A DNA stretch of 63,871 nt, filler included, from Hausera hauseri (taxonomy: Eukaryota): the NCBI GenBank assembly GCA_046269625.1. It is 13 parts of 13 records of this genome, joined end to end, with 100 filler letters (N's around TTAATTAATTAA, not from the genome) between each part and the next. Parts side by side here need not be neighbours in the genome. Positions count along the whole stretch, not along the records: positions 10,775 to 14,938 come from JBJURY010726880.1; positions 15,039 to 19,189 come from JBJURY010732989.1; positions 19,290 to 24,260 come from JBJURY010374814.1; 10 more parts are not named here. One strand, given 5' to 3'. Both the position numbers and the translations under genes were made by a program. The number at the start of each line of letters is the position of its first letter. The stretch's first letter is position 1. The notes below the pieces were generated by a model. That model was given only the letters and a program-made list of their open reading frames with translations, ran no database searches and was not told where the DNA came from. Below are positions 11,894 through 24,360 of the stretch, piece after piece.

Positions 11894-12171
11894 TCAGGAA
11901 TTGATAAATCAAAATAGTTTTGGCTGAATAGAATCAAATATGAATTAGCAAAATATTGAACACGACCAAATTTTCTCAAAAGAATTGAAACGTATCATAT
12001 AACAACCAAGCAAAAATAGGCACAATTGAATGACAAAACTAGAAAATAGATGCGAAATGTTAAACGTTCGAAATTTCGCTTCATGTCTTTATTATTAAAA
12101 CACCCTGTATTTTACATAAATCAGTTTCATTTTGCAATTCACTGATTGAGTGAATGTGCGCACAACACCAA

Positions 12172-14938
12172 CCTCCCCGTGGCAAAGTGAAAACTATAAA
12201 GGGTAAAAGAGACAGAGAGAAAAAAACGCAAAACGAAAAAGTGTTTGTGTCAATCGGTCTTAGTGTGAACAAGACGTTGGGTGCCTTCTAGTGATTTTTC
12301 CCTGCTATACTTGCTGAGTGTTACTGCGTGTTTTGTCTTTGTGCGGTGTGTTTGCTTGCAGAGTTTGAAGTTAGGGAAAAAAATTGTCGGATTTTGTTGT
12401 GAGTGTTGTGTCGTGCAAAGATGAGTCAGAATAAAGAGAAGGAGAAGGTGAAGGAGGAAGAGAGATTGTTGAAGACGAAGGAATGATTACAGGTGTAGTG
12501 GCGGATAAAGGAAGAGAGAAAGAAGTTGGAGTAGAAGCCGGGATTAAATTGTGTAAAACAGTGGAAGTGAATGATGAAATAGCGGTAGTAGTAGAGAAAG
12601 GAAGAGAGATGGGGATAAAAGTAAAGAAAGGAGGAAGTCGCGAAGTGGAAGTGAAAGGGGTAGAAGAGGATATGTGAGGAGAAAGGGAAGAAGAAAGCGC
12701 CGAAGGGGAGGATAGTGTGGAAGAAGAAGGAGAGAAAGAAAGAGAAGACGGCAAAGAGGTACAAAACGGAAGAGAGCAAGAAGATGGAGAAGGCGAAGGA
12801 AAGTAGTTGGAAGGTGGTGTGTAAGGGGTTGGAATGATGAAAGGTGTAGATGGAGAGATTGGTAAAGTCGAAGTGGTGTTTGATAAAGGATGTATTGTAA
12901 GAGGAGAAAACAGGTTGTTTCCAGGGGATGGAGGATATGTTGGAAGGCTTGAAGGTGCAACATCATATGGGGAGAAAGAGGCTGAATTGTGAGAAGAAAT
13001 TGAAGTGGAAGTTTTGGGAGAAAAAGTAGGAAAAGTGGATTAAGTCATTGAGCAGAGGTGGAAGGTGAATTGTTGGATTGCTGCGCATCGTACAAAGATG
13101 TTGGTGGTGAAGTGACTTCTATGGGAGACGTATCGTCGATGAAGAAAGCCGGTTTAGCATTATTGATATGAACGGTTACTTCTTTGTCGTCTTTGAGAAT
13201 GATGATGTTGTGGGAGTTAAACGAATTACTTTGTAAGGACCGACATACTGCGGTTGAAAGCCACACGACGTTTGACTCTTTAGCCAAACAAACTTGGCAG
13301 TATATAAATCGTCGAGTATATAAGGTTTATTTGCTTGTAATAGCCTGCAAAATGAGTCTTTGCTGATCTCAACGAAGTGTCTCTGTACCGCTTGTATGGT
13401 TTCGTCTGTAGGAATGTTGTCCAGCTTAGTCAGCTCGAATAATGATCTGATTGGAGTGCCAAATAATGTTTCTGCAGATGAACAGCCTGTAGAAGTAGAT
13501 AGTGTGTTCCGCCATCCAAGCAGAATGTACGGAAGGAGTGTGGTCCAACTGCGATTGGACTCAGCAAGAATTTTGAGAGTCATTTTCATCGTTCGGTGAA
13601 AGCGTTCGAGAAGGCCATTCGATTGGGGATGATATGGTGACGTGCGAATGTGGTTACTTCCCAATCGATTGGCAAGAGCTTTAAACAGGTTGGATTCGAA
13701 CTGTGGAACTTGGTCCGAAATTATATGGCGAGGTGGTCCAAACCTGCTGATCCAAGTGCGGATGAAAACGTCTGCGATCGTTTCTTTGTTGGTGCTCCGA
13801 AACGAAACAGCCTCTGGCCATCGCGAAAAACGGCCCATCATTGTGAGGATGAACTGATGGCCGTTGTCTAAGGGTAATGGATTTACAAGGTTGATGTGAA
13901 CAGATCCGAAACGAGATGTGCAGGGAAAATGAAATAGTGGTGGCTTTAGGTGCTTAATGACTTTGTATTTTGGCATGCCACATACTGCTTAACCCATGCC
14001 TGCATGTCAGAGCACATCGACGGCCATACTACTTGGCGTTGTAAAATGCGAAAAGTAGCCTTGGCATCGGGATGATGCAACGAATGAATGCTGTTGAATG
14101 CTTCTTTTTGAAGCGATTCAGAAAGGATGACTTTAGGATTATGAGGTTTGGAGGTGTCAAAGATTACACCGTCGATGGTTTTGCACCATTTAAAAGAATT
14201 AAGGATGTCAGTAGGTGGCTGGTTTTGTTGAAGTTTGGATTGAGGAAAAATTGGTGTGGAATCAACCGAGCTGCCCGATCGGAACAGGAAGTCAGCTACT
14301 AAATTGTCGACTCCGTTTAGGTGCTTGATTACAAAATTAAATGTTGACAAATGCGATATTTGCCTCTTCTGACGTGGAGAAGGCGATTTCACGGTAAGAA
14401 TTTGAAGTAAGGGCTTGTGGTCCGTTTGTATTGTGCAAATTCGTGCAGTTAGTAAATGTTTGAATTCTTTTACGGCAATGACCATTGCAAGCAACTGCCT
14501 GTCAAAGGTGAAATATTTTTGCTCTTGTGCTGTGAATTTTCGAGAAAAGAATTGTAATGGCTCATGGAATCCATTTTTGACTTGATTGAGGACAGCACCT
14601 GCAGCTGTTGTGGATGAATACATGCTTAAGAAGAGTTCTGCATGGGAGTCTGGATAGGCCAGGATTTCTACGGTTTTTAAATTGTCTTTGAGGTGGTCGA
14701 AAGCATTGGCTAGCTTGGCGGTCCACTGAATAGGCTGTTTCTTCTTGCCAGAGCTTAGTGATGCAAATGGCGCTGTTAGAGTGTAGCAGTGTTGAACATA
14801 CTTATGAATAAAATGCAAGGTTCCGAGGAAAGAACGCATCTCTGTTAATGTACGTGGTAGTTGTATGTTTTTGAGCTGTGTGATGCGCTCTGGCTGAGGT
14901 GAATGTCCGGAGGAGCTAATAACATGTCCTAGGAAGTT
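12172..14938 (-). mobile_element. pol: CsRn1-like Ty3/Gypsy element, 3' half (RT end, RNase H, integrase, Ser/Pro-rich tail, PPT)
   Basis: ORFs 13946-14839 (RSFLG, FFSRKF, TDHKPL, NLVADFL) and 13176-13976 (SRWPEA, YHPQSNGLLERFHRT, YVGPY). PPT ctttgccacGGGGAGG at about 12172-12187. Confidence 0.9.
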
Positions 14939-15038
14939 NNNNNNNNNNNNNNNNNNNNNNNNNNNNNNNNNNNNNNNNNNNNTTAATTAATTAANNNNNN
15001 NNNNNNNNNNNNNNNNNNNNNNNNNNNNNNNNNNNNNN
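14939..15038. other. Artificial contig spacer
   Basis: 44 N + TTAATTAATTAA + 44 N. Confidence 0.98.
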
Positions 15039-15249
15039 CCTGATTCACAAAATTTACTATCTGAATTATTTGAAGCCATTTTCATTGTATATTTTTATAA
15101 TTGAAGTGTTAGGAGTAGTTATATTATGGTTGCAATAGGTTGGATTTTCAAATTTTAAAAAGAATATTGAGCGAGTAGTGGTAGGTGGCGAACGAATGAA
15201 TATTTTTTTAATTTGAGACCCTGGCCCATACCAGCCATAATACAACTAC

Positions 15250-17720
15250 TCATACGTGCGTTTAGCAATTCATCAGTTTCGTTGGTATCTGTGATTCAGT
15301 GCATAAAACCAGATCATCACATAGTCACAGCATATTTGGAAGTATTTTAATAAATCTTCCACAATCGGAACTACCAACTAGCCAACCAGTAGCGAGACAT
15401 TTGCTATTTTTGAAAGAAAGTAAATACCAAACGAATAAGGGCACAATTCCCAAACTTGCACAAACCATCGTCAATTTATGAATTCGAACTGGAATTCCAC
15501 CAAAATCACTAAAAACTGTTAAGAAAGGAACTTCATTGATTAATGGATTAAGGATCGAAAGCGTCGAGCCATGGAAAGGATGCTGCAAAAACAAATCAGT
15601 TTACTGTCTCCCTGAAACAATTGTTTGATATTGCTGCTTGCCAATGTCATGACATGCAAGCGTGCCGTTGTGAGAAAAGTTCAGAGTTTCTGGACGAGAA
15701 TGGAGGTTTCTCATAGATCAATGAACGACTCGAAAAATGGCAATTGGTGGAGTAGACCATGCGGTAAGAGCGTAAATGAGATGAAAGAAGGCAAGAGATG
15801 ACAGATTTAAATAAAGACAAGATGACGAAAAGAAGCGGAAAACTGGGATCGCGACTGATATGGAATCTGCATCAACTGTTGGTAACGATGAAGCACTACA
15901 AACGGAATCTGATAACAATTTTGAAAACGACGAAGAATGGAAAGTGGAAGGAATGAGCACGGTGAAGGATCGAAATATGACTTCAATTGTCAGTGTTGCC
16001 CGAGAAGCTGATAGATATGGCGTTTCGTACAGGGCTGCAGCTGCTATATCCACGGCGACTCTAACTGACTATTGAATCGTGGATGTCGACAATCATACCT
16101 GTATTGTAGACATCACAAGATATGGCAAGCGAGAAAAAAGTTGAGAATGAATATGAAGAACGAAGGAAATATGAAGGGTGAAAAAATAAATTCCTTGTTT
16201 TTTGATGGACAGAGGGGCAGGGGGCGGATAAAAAAAAGTATCGGTGGAAAATGGTACGGAAAGGAGGAAGTGCAAGATCATTATGTTCTAGTCGAAGAAC
16301 CTGGAATGTCTTATCTAAAGCACATTACCGTGAAACATGGATCTGGTGCTGAAATTGCAAGAGGATTAAAAGAATCAATGGAAGAAATGGAAATTGACGA
16401 GACTGTCCACGTCATCGGAGCTCTCATCACCGTTGTAAATACTGGACAACATAATGGAGCAATTCGTTTGCTTGAATGTGCATTGGGTCGACCACTTTAG
16501 TGGATCATATGTTACTTACATTTGAACGAACTCCCTTTTCGACATTTATGCAAAGCGCTCCTGAGTTCATCCGAAAATCCTACTCAATGGAAAGGATCAA
16601 TCGGGAAGGCGTTTTCGTCGTGTGAAACATTATTTCCTACTGCTTCAGGATTTAAGCGTATCACTGTCAGCGATCTACTACCGACCTTGGAATTAAATGA
16701 GTTGAGTTGTGACCAAGCTTATCTGTATCAAATAATAACTGCTATTATAACTGGCAAAATCGAAGAAAACCTCCTTCGAGAAAAACCAAGAGTTATGACA
16801 ATGGCCCGATGGGTTCCCACTGCCAGCCGAATTTGCCGACTATGTGGCAACGGCAGAACCACGTGACGACTTTTACACCCTCACCAGATTCGTTGTATGC
16901 TATTACGGACCATGTGGTTCCAGATCAAGTGTCACAGTAAGTGCACCAATAAGTTAAACCACTTGCTACAACAAATTAAACTGACAGCATTCCTTACTGC
17001 TGCAGAGAAATCAATCGTTTGGCCCGTAGTACAGAAAAATGCATATTGGGATCACGAGAAACAGATGGAACACACAGATGGAACAAACAGATAAGAGGCA
17101 ATTTCAATAATAAAGTCGATACGACAATGCAAACAACGTGATCAATCTGCATCATAAAATGTTTAATTGTTTGCAACACCAAATATAAAAGAAACCGCAA
17201 AGAATCTGATGGACTTCTTGCCGCCAATAAACATTTGTACATGAAAACCACCACTTACGATTCACATGTCTATCGGCGAATTGTAAAAAATCTCTGATGA
17301 TGCTCTATCTTTGGAGATGACTTGTCACTCGCAGTCAGTTGAGAGGTGTGTTCAAATGGTGACCGATGCATCCGCTGTGGTATATGGAATGGAGGCCAGA
17401 GACGGATATATTCGAGCTCTAATGGAGTCGCACGAGCTGATTCCATCATTTGAAACGATACAAGACTTTATTACTTAAAAGTAAGACTGTCGTTGGTTGC
17501 AACTCAAACTGTTTACTACGTTCTATATCTTCTGTTCAGTATTTGAAAAAAAAAACATCTCATTTTTACCATGTTTGTTACTTTTTTGCTATCAAAAAAG
17601 GGGATTTGCGATTAATGGACAAGAAATCTGGTTTTATTTTTGAAATTAGTACCCCTCATTGCACAAAACTCCAAATGTACCTTAAGACCCGAAAAAATTA
17701 GATAATTACTTTACGGGCTG
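15250..17720 (+). mobile_element. Sola-like DNA transposon with a decayed DDD transposase
   Basis: LFDIAACQC, LFFDG, EEPG.SYLKH, VVNTG..NGAIRLLE..LGRPL.WIICYLHLNELPFRHL, CHSQSVERCV..VTDAS..VYG.EARDGYIR. Possible terminus ...tactttacgggctg near 17720. Subfamily uncertain. Confidence 0.7.
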
Positions 17721-17899
17721 ATGTATAATCATACATTTACATATATACATTTTTGAAGGATTACTCAACTTGTCACAATGGGTCCAACACATGGCTTAGT
17801 AGATACGTATCACTACGTCACATCATTGCCAATTAAGGGCTACAATTTCAATCCAATTTATTTAAGCTGTTAGTTAACCTATTGGGGATTAATCGTAAT

Positions 17900-18790
17900 C
17901 ATACAACTACATATCATCCCCAATCGAATGGTCTTCTTTAACGATTTCATAGAACGATGAAAGTTTTACTCCGAATTCTGGTCGATAATAACCATAACTG
18001 GACTTCTCTTTTGCCATTAGTTCCACTCGGTGGGCGCAGCACTCCTTCACATCTACTGGTTGCTCGCCATCCGAGGCACTGTTTGGCATACCTCTGAGAG
18101 ATCTTTCCGAATTGACCGAACTTGATAAAACTCCTACTGACGAAATCATTTGTTCACCATAGAGCCATTTTGTAAAAACTAGTGAAGACGCTTTCTGCCG
18201 ACTATTATATGACAACAAAAGTCATATTCCAGAAACTCTACACAGCGTCAAATTTTCTGGTAAAAAATCAAGAGCCGTCAAGTTTTCAATCACAGTATGT
18301 AGGTCATTTCAAACTTTTACGTTTCATCCATCATATTGCAACAATTCTCGAAGGTGGAAAAAAAGGAAACGTCCACGTTACGAATTTAAAACCTACATTT
18401 TTCATCGATGACTTTTCTACACTAACCAATGAAATTACCAAACCAACAAATCCTTTTCATTATGCTTTTGCATTACCTGCAGTTACTCATCTGTCTATCA
18501 TTTCATCTTTGCCAAAATCAACCGAAATTTCCAATTCTCAAACATTGCCAGAAATAAATAACATCAAATGAAAACAACTAAAATCAGACAATTGTTTTAC
18601 CTCAAATTTATCCAAAAGCAAACAATACATCAAACAAAACATTTTTACATACAGCAAAGAAAAATCAACACAGGGAATCCAATGCCTTGTACATACTAAA
18701 ACCGAATAGCACATACATTTTTATATTTTCTTCTTTTTGCACATTTTATTTCGATCTTTATAGTGGTCAACTTTGCCATGGGGTGATGTG
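17900..18790 (+). mobile_element. pol: CsRn1-like integrase C-terminal remnant and PPT/LTR junction
   Basis: RFHRTMK, SPSEALFG, QYVGHF, VHVTNLKP; ctttgccatGGGGTGA followed by TGTGG at 18787. Confidence 0.75.
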
Positions 18791-19111
18791 GTGCTGTTGG
18801 TTTAGGTGCGACCTCGATTTTCGGCGACTTGACTACTATTTAGTGCCTATATGCCGAGACGGTCTCTAGATTCTCCGTCGCCCTTTTTGGCCTTTGTTTC
18901 TTTGATCAATCACCAACAACAGTCTCTCAACAAAATTCAACTCATTGCAGTTCATTGTGCAAAGGAAAATATTGAATATGGTTATGCAATTTGTAAATAC
19001 TGAACCTTAATCGCTTATAGATTACAACCTTGTCAGTAGGGAGAAAATGGGGATTCGGGCACAGCCCCCCGGGGGGGGGTTGGATCGATAAATCGATATT
19101 GCACATGTGCC

Positions 19112-19188
19112 GATCGATAGTGCACCCGGAACACTATCGATCCATAAAGTGCTAGGCAACGGTGCCGTTAGGCACCGTTGCTAGGCAC
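19112..19188. repeat. Two adjacent GC-rich inverted repeats (hairpins)
   Basis: gatcgatagtg/cactatcgatc (19112-19122/19132-19142) and gcaacggtgcc/ggcaccgttgc (19156-19166/19171-19181). Confidence 0.85.
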
Positions 19189-19189
19189 A

Positions 19190-19289
19190 NNNNNNNNNNN
19201 NNNNNNNNNNNNNNNNNNNNNNNNNNNNNNNNNTTAATTAATTAANNNNNNNNNNNNNNNNNNNNNNNNNNNNNNNNNNNNNNNNNNNN
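19190..19289. other. Artificial contig spacer
   Basis: 44 N + TTAATTAATTAA + 44 N. Confidence 0.98.
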
Positions 19290-22200
19290 TGAGCCATGGA
19301 TTTGTGGACAGAGAGTCGAGATAACTTTTGATGTAATTGTTACTTTGGATCCGCGGTGCATTTTGGGTATGAATGTGTTTCGAAAATTGGAAGATGTACA
19401 CATAAACTTAAAATCGGGATCAATTTGTCTTAATAATGAAGATAAACCCCCTAATTACAACAAAACAGACATCTGGGTATGATATGTTGAGAAAATACCA
19501 CCCAATTCTAGAATGGTTATACAATCCAGAACAATATTCCCAGACAACAGTGTAATTGAATTCATGCCGAAAACTCTTCGAAATGGGCTTATATTACCAC
19601 ATTATTGCGTTAAAGTAATTGGAGGTACCATTCCCTTAGAAGTTCTAAATATCACTTCAAGATATGTCACGATATTCACTAAAACAATAATTGGACAGGC
19701 ATTGGAAACTACACGCCAAGAAAAATACGATAACAAAGTTGCAACCATCTCAACAGCGGAACATGCTAATGTTGAAGATACACTTAATGTCGTTCTTACT
19801 AAAGTCAAGCAGATTTTATCAGATGAATATGTAAGGAATTTCTCAGATCTCATTACCTTGATATTTTTGCAAAAAACGAGACGGATATCGGACGATGAGA
19901 TTTGGTCCCGTTTAGATTGTCGTTTATGCTCGACCCCACAACCGGAAAGGAGATAGTCTCCTTCAAAAGCACTCCAAAGGGAAGTTGAGGAACAAATTCA
20001 ATCAATGCTCGATAAGGGTATCATAGAACCAAGTTAATCACCAAGGCCTTCTCCCATAGTTATGGCCAAGAAAGCTAATACGACTAAATACCGCCTATGC
20101 GTAAATTACGTTATTATAAACAAGCACTTAATGAATCACGCTTACCCAATTCCGCGACTACGGGACATCATTGAAGAATTAAAGGATTGTAAATATTTCA
20201 CCACATTGGACTTACAGAGTGGGTTTTGGCAAATTCCCGTAGCTAAAGAGGATCGGTGGAACACCGCATTTAAAAGCCATACATGGGTCTATCAATTCAC
20301 ACGCATGCCATTTGGCATAAAGACGGCACCCACTTTCTTCCAAGAATTTATTCGATTAATACTTAAAAGACTGCGGGGATTATCGTACATTGACAACATG
20401 CTCATTGCGTCCAAAACATGGTCTGCCCATTTAGCGGAATTAAAGGAAGTATTTGACCTAATCAGACTTGCCAAACTAATATTAAACCAAAAAAAATGTG
20501 AATGGTGTAATAAGGAGGTTAGATACCTGGGATTTGTCGTTTCCAGTAAAGGGATATCAATCAGCCCTAAGTTCGTAACTAAAATACTGAAACACCCCCT
20601 CCAACAAATGTACATGAAATAAAAACCTGGTTAGGATTGGGAGGATTTTATGCTACCTTCATCCCCAATTTTGCAGAAATTAATCATCCTCAATATAGGT
20701 TATTAAGAAAAGATCAAAAATAGGAAAGTACTGAAGAGAACAAAAACGCATTCGATGAAATAAAAAAAACGAATGGTGTCAGCACCAATATTGAAGTACC
20801 CGGATTTTTCATTACCATTCGTCTTGAAGACTGATGCTAGCATTAAAGCTATTAGTTTTATATTAGATCAGCAAAATCCAGAAGAAATAGCTGAACATGT
20901 AATCGCTTAAATAATGCAGAACGGACGGATTGTGACATTACGAATATTATGTCTACGGTCATAAGATCATAATATTTACCGACCATGAGGCACTGCTATC
21001 CTTACGTTCAGACAATAGACATGTATCAAATCGACTCCAAAAATGGAAGTTGGAACTTTTAAATTATGATCTCGAGTATCGATATCGTCCTGGCAAAGAA
21101 AACATGGACGCCGACGCACTTTCAAGAATGCCATACGAAAGAATAGTAGCCGCAGCTTATAAATTAATAGACAACGAGAGTGATAAACATTTGAATGAGA
21201 GAATCATTAATGATATGTTACAAGAACAACGCCAAATCCAAGTACGAAATATCGAGACATTATAAAACCAATATCCATTTAATGTTCAAATTAAACAATT
21301 AATCAATAAACATTTAGTTGACTCGGCATCAAACCACATTCATAAGTTTTATGAAAAGAACCGAGAGAATTTAGAAATCGAAGATGGCATTTTACGACTA
21401 AGAGTCGGAGAACAAAAACTGGTTATGGTGCATGCACCGGACATCGAATTTTCATGCTACAAGAACATGATTTACACTTAGCTGGCCATCAGTCTCTAAA
21501 TAAGCCTTTGAAGCCTATAACCGCTAAATATTATTGGCCCCAAATGAAGAAACATATTGAAGGATGGATACGTTCATGCAAAATGTGCGCTACAAGAAAA
21601 GATAGAGGACTTCGTATCAAACCGTTTTAGGAAGATTACCTGAAGTTCGCAAGCCATTGGAAGTGTGCACAATGGACATCTCTGGACACTTCCCAGCTTC
21701 GCACTCAGGATTCAAATACATACTGTTACTTGTTGACTATTTCTCTCGCTACGTTGAACTGGTACCATTGAAAAACATGACTAGTAGCACAGTTTCTGAA
21801 GCTTTTTTCTATGAAAGTATCGCCGCACTAGGCACCCCGAAACAATTGTTAACTGATCGTGCACCTTACTTCATTAGCGAATTCTTTGAAAAATGAGCAA
21901 AATTATTCCAATGCAAACATTTATTAACGACATCATACTATCCTCAATGTAATGGTATGATTGAAAGAATGAATCGTACCATTCAGGGTATTTTTTCTAC
22001 AAAGGTAGCGCAGGATCAAAAAGATTGACACAATCATTTGAAAACTACGGCCTTCACAATCAATACCACACCTACCAAAAGTACCAATCATTCCACTTTT
22101 GAGTTAATGTTCGGACGATTACCATTACTACTATTATATACGGAATTATTACCATCATCCTTGTTAACTAGTGATAATATGAATGAACAATACCAGAATT

Positions 22201-22475
22201 TGCTCAAACGACTCAAATATTTTCAACGAGAAGCAAGAGTTTGAACAAAACTATACAGCCGGATATAAAAAGCAATTTAACAAGAAGGCACGACTACATA
22301 CTTATAAAATTTGGGATTACATCATGATTCACTACCTCGTGGTGAAGAAAGGTAAATCGTTAAAATTAACACGTACAGGTCAAGGACCGTACAAAGTTGT
22401 CGATGTACTCCCATAACACTTTTTATTCAGAAAGGGCCCGATAAATACGAGGCTGTGTCTGTTCAACGAGTAACC
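19290..22475 (+). pseudogene. pol: Ty3/Gypsy pol (protease end, dUTPase-like spacer, RT, RNase H, integrase)
   Basis: FTTLDLQSGFWQI, RMPFGIKTAP, YIDN, KTDAS, ADALSR, VDYFSRY, KLTRTGQGPY. Confidence 0.92.
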
Positions 22476-24123
22476 CGAGCACCTACTTCACACAACGACT
22501 TTATACACAAAACAGAGCTAGAAATACCCAAAACGAAAGAACCCAAAATAGCGGCATTGCTCAAAATTCATCCGATGAGTACCTCAGAACATTGCCCAGT
22601 TCACTTCACTTTTATTAAATACTTTGGTACCTTTGTCCTCCTTTTCTTCGCTCTCTTAATACCTATTACCACCGTTGATACCACAACTACATTACAAACA
22701 AAATTAATTGAACGTGCTACGATTATAAGTATAGATACACATAAACCCAGTATTTGCCTTCGGACTCACCTACATGTAATGAGATACCACACGGTTAATT
22801 TTGTTTTTATATCACAACATATCGTCTCCTATATTTGTACAATTCCTAAAATGCATAATAAAACCTGTTGCTCCGTCAATTACGTTAGGACTTACACATA
22901 CTATGTAACACTGACAGTAAACAATATCAATACTATCCTTTGGGAGCCAAATATGATTCTTCGTGTTCCTACTTACCGAGAGATGAACATATTGGAAACT
23001 TCAGATGTATTTTCGCGTAACCCGTTTATCGCTCGATTCCTTGAACATAATATTGAGATTTCCAGTATCAATCTCACAAGACAACCTCCTTGCATGAATT
23101 TCCGCACTATACAGCTATTACCCTATGAATTTGAAATCAGCATATGGCTCGACCCAATCTCTACATCCATAACACAACCACATTATTGTTATCTTAAGAG
23201 AAATGACACTCGTTCATGTTGTACACTCTATCAATACATCTGGTACAGAATCAGTCTAGATGCATACCAAACACGGGAAAATAGACAATCCATTAGAGTG
23301 CATTCTTACCGTATTCCTCTTCTTTTTTCAGTTAAACCAAACATACCCATTCCGGCCTTTGCCAAGCAGCCAATAACTTCTCCGCGATCGGTGAAAAAGA
23401 TGATTACGTCAAGGTTATGGACTACACCCACCATTAGGTAAAGGGGCAATCAGCTCAAACTCAAATCACATGTTCAGTTTAAATCACAAAATCAGCTCAA
23501 AATACAAGATCAGCGGCCATATACATTGAAAAGGAAAATACATAAACACGTATTCTATGGGAAATTGATGAAAGAATTCCCTATCAAATTCAAATTGGCG
23601 CATTACACAGACCGTATTGAGATAATATTACAAGACACGATAAATGAACGGAACCCCGTGATAACATGTACGGGTTCTTATGACAAAGTTGGGATCATAT
23701 ATGAAGCACATAAACAAAATTTTTGCGAAAAACTAACACCAGATACCAATTATTTGGTGAGGATAGCGACCTCGGATAACTCTAAAATTGTAGCTATAAT
23801 ACACAACAAGCAATAAACCAATATCGCTACATAACATATAGTGATGACGATAAAAATTGGAAATTAACTACAATCTCGCCGAGGTCTACCGAAACATATA
23901 TATCTTACAATATTGGTGGGTATTCATATTGATAACAGGTGTCGGTATTGTCCTTATTATGCTTGTTGTGCTGGGTAGAAAACCCAAGTTCGGGAAGAGA
24001 TTACGTAAGGACGCTCACTATTCTATTATCCGAGGAGGTCACCATTGTTTACAAGTAAGTGGGATTAAGGAACAAAACAAAATAGGAGAACAAGCAATTC
24101 CAGAAACAATATTAATTAATTAA
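22455..24123 (+). pseudogene. Env-like type I membrane glycoprotein read in frame from the integrase C-terminus
   Basis: VSVQRV, then signal-like YFGTFVLLFFALLIPITT, a Cys-rich region with sequons NKT/NLT/NDT, and TM WWVFILITGVGIVLIMLVVLG followed by RKPKFGKRLRK. Confidence 0.65.
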
Positions 24124-24260
24124 GTGAATAGAAATGAGGAATCATATACAACATTCTGGTTAAGTGGGAATTAGTTGATAAGTAACTTTGTGGTTTCTTT
24201 AACAAGAACACAGTGAATTACACACTAACAGCGAGCATAATATTTGGACTTATCACATTA

Positions 24261-24360
24261 NNNNNNNNNNNNNNNNNNNNNNNNNNNNNNNNNNNNNNNN
24301 NNNNTTAATTAATTAANNNNNNNNNNNNNNNNNNNNNNNNNNNNNNNNNNNNNNNNNNNN
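24261..24360. other. Artificial contig spacer
   Basis: 44 N + TTAATTAATTAA + 44 N. Confidence 0.98.

Noticed and set aside
12371-12966. Ser/Pro/Leu/Phe-rich overlapping ORFs
   Set aside because: Low-complexity purine/pyrimidine-biased 3' tail of the retrotransposon; open in several frames for compositional reasons.
15250-17480. Alternative genetic code to explain the many in-frame stops
   Set aside because: All three stop types and frameshifts occur across unrelated elements, consistent with neutral decay.
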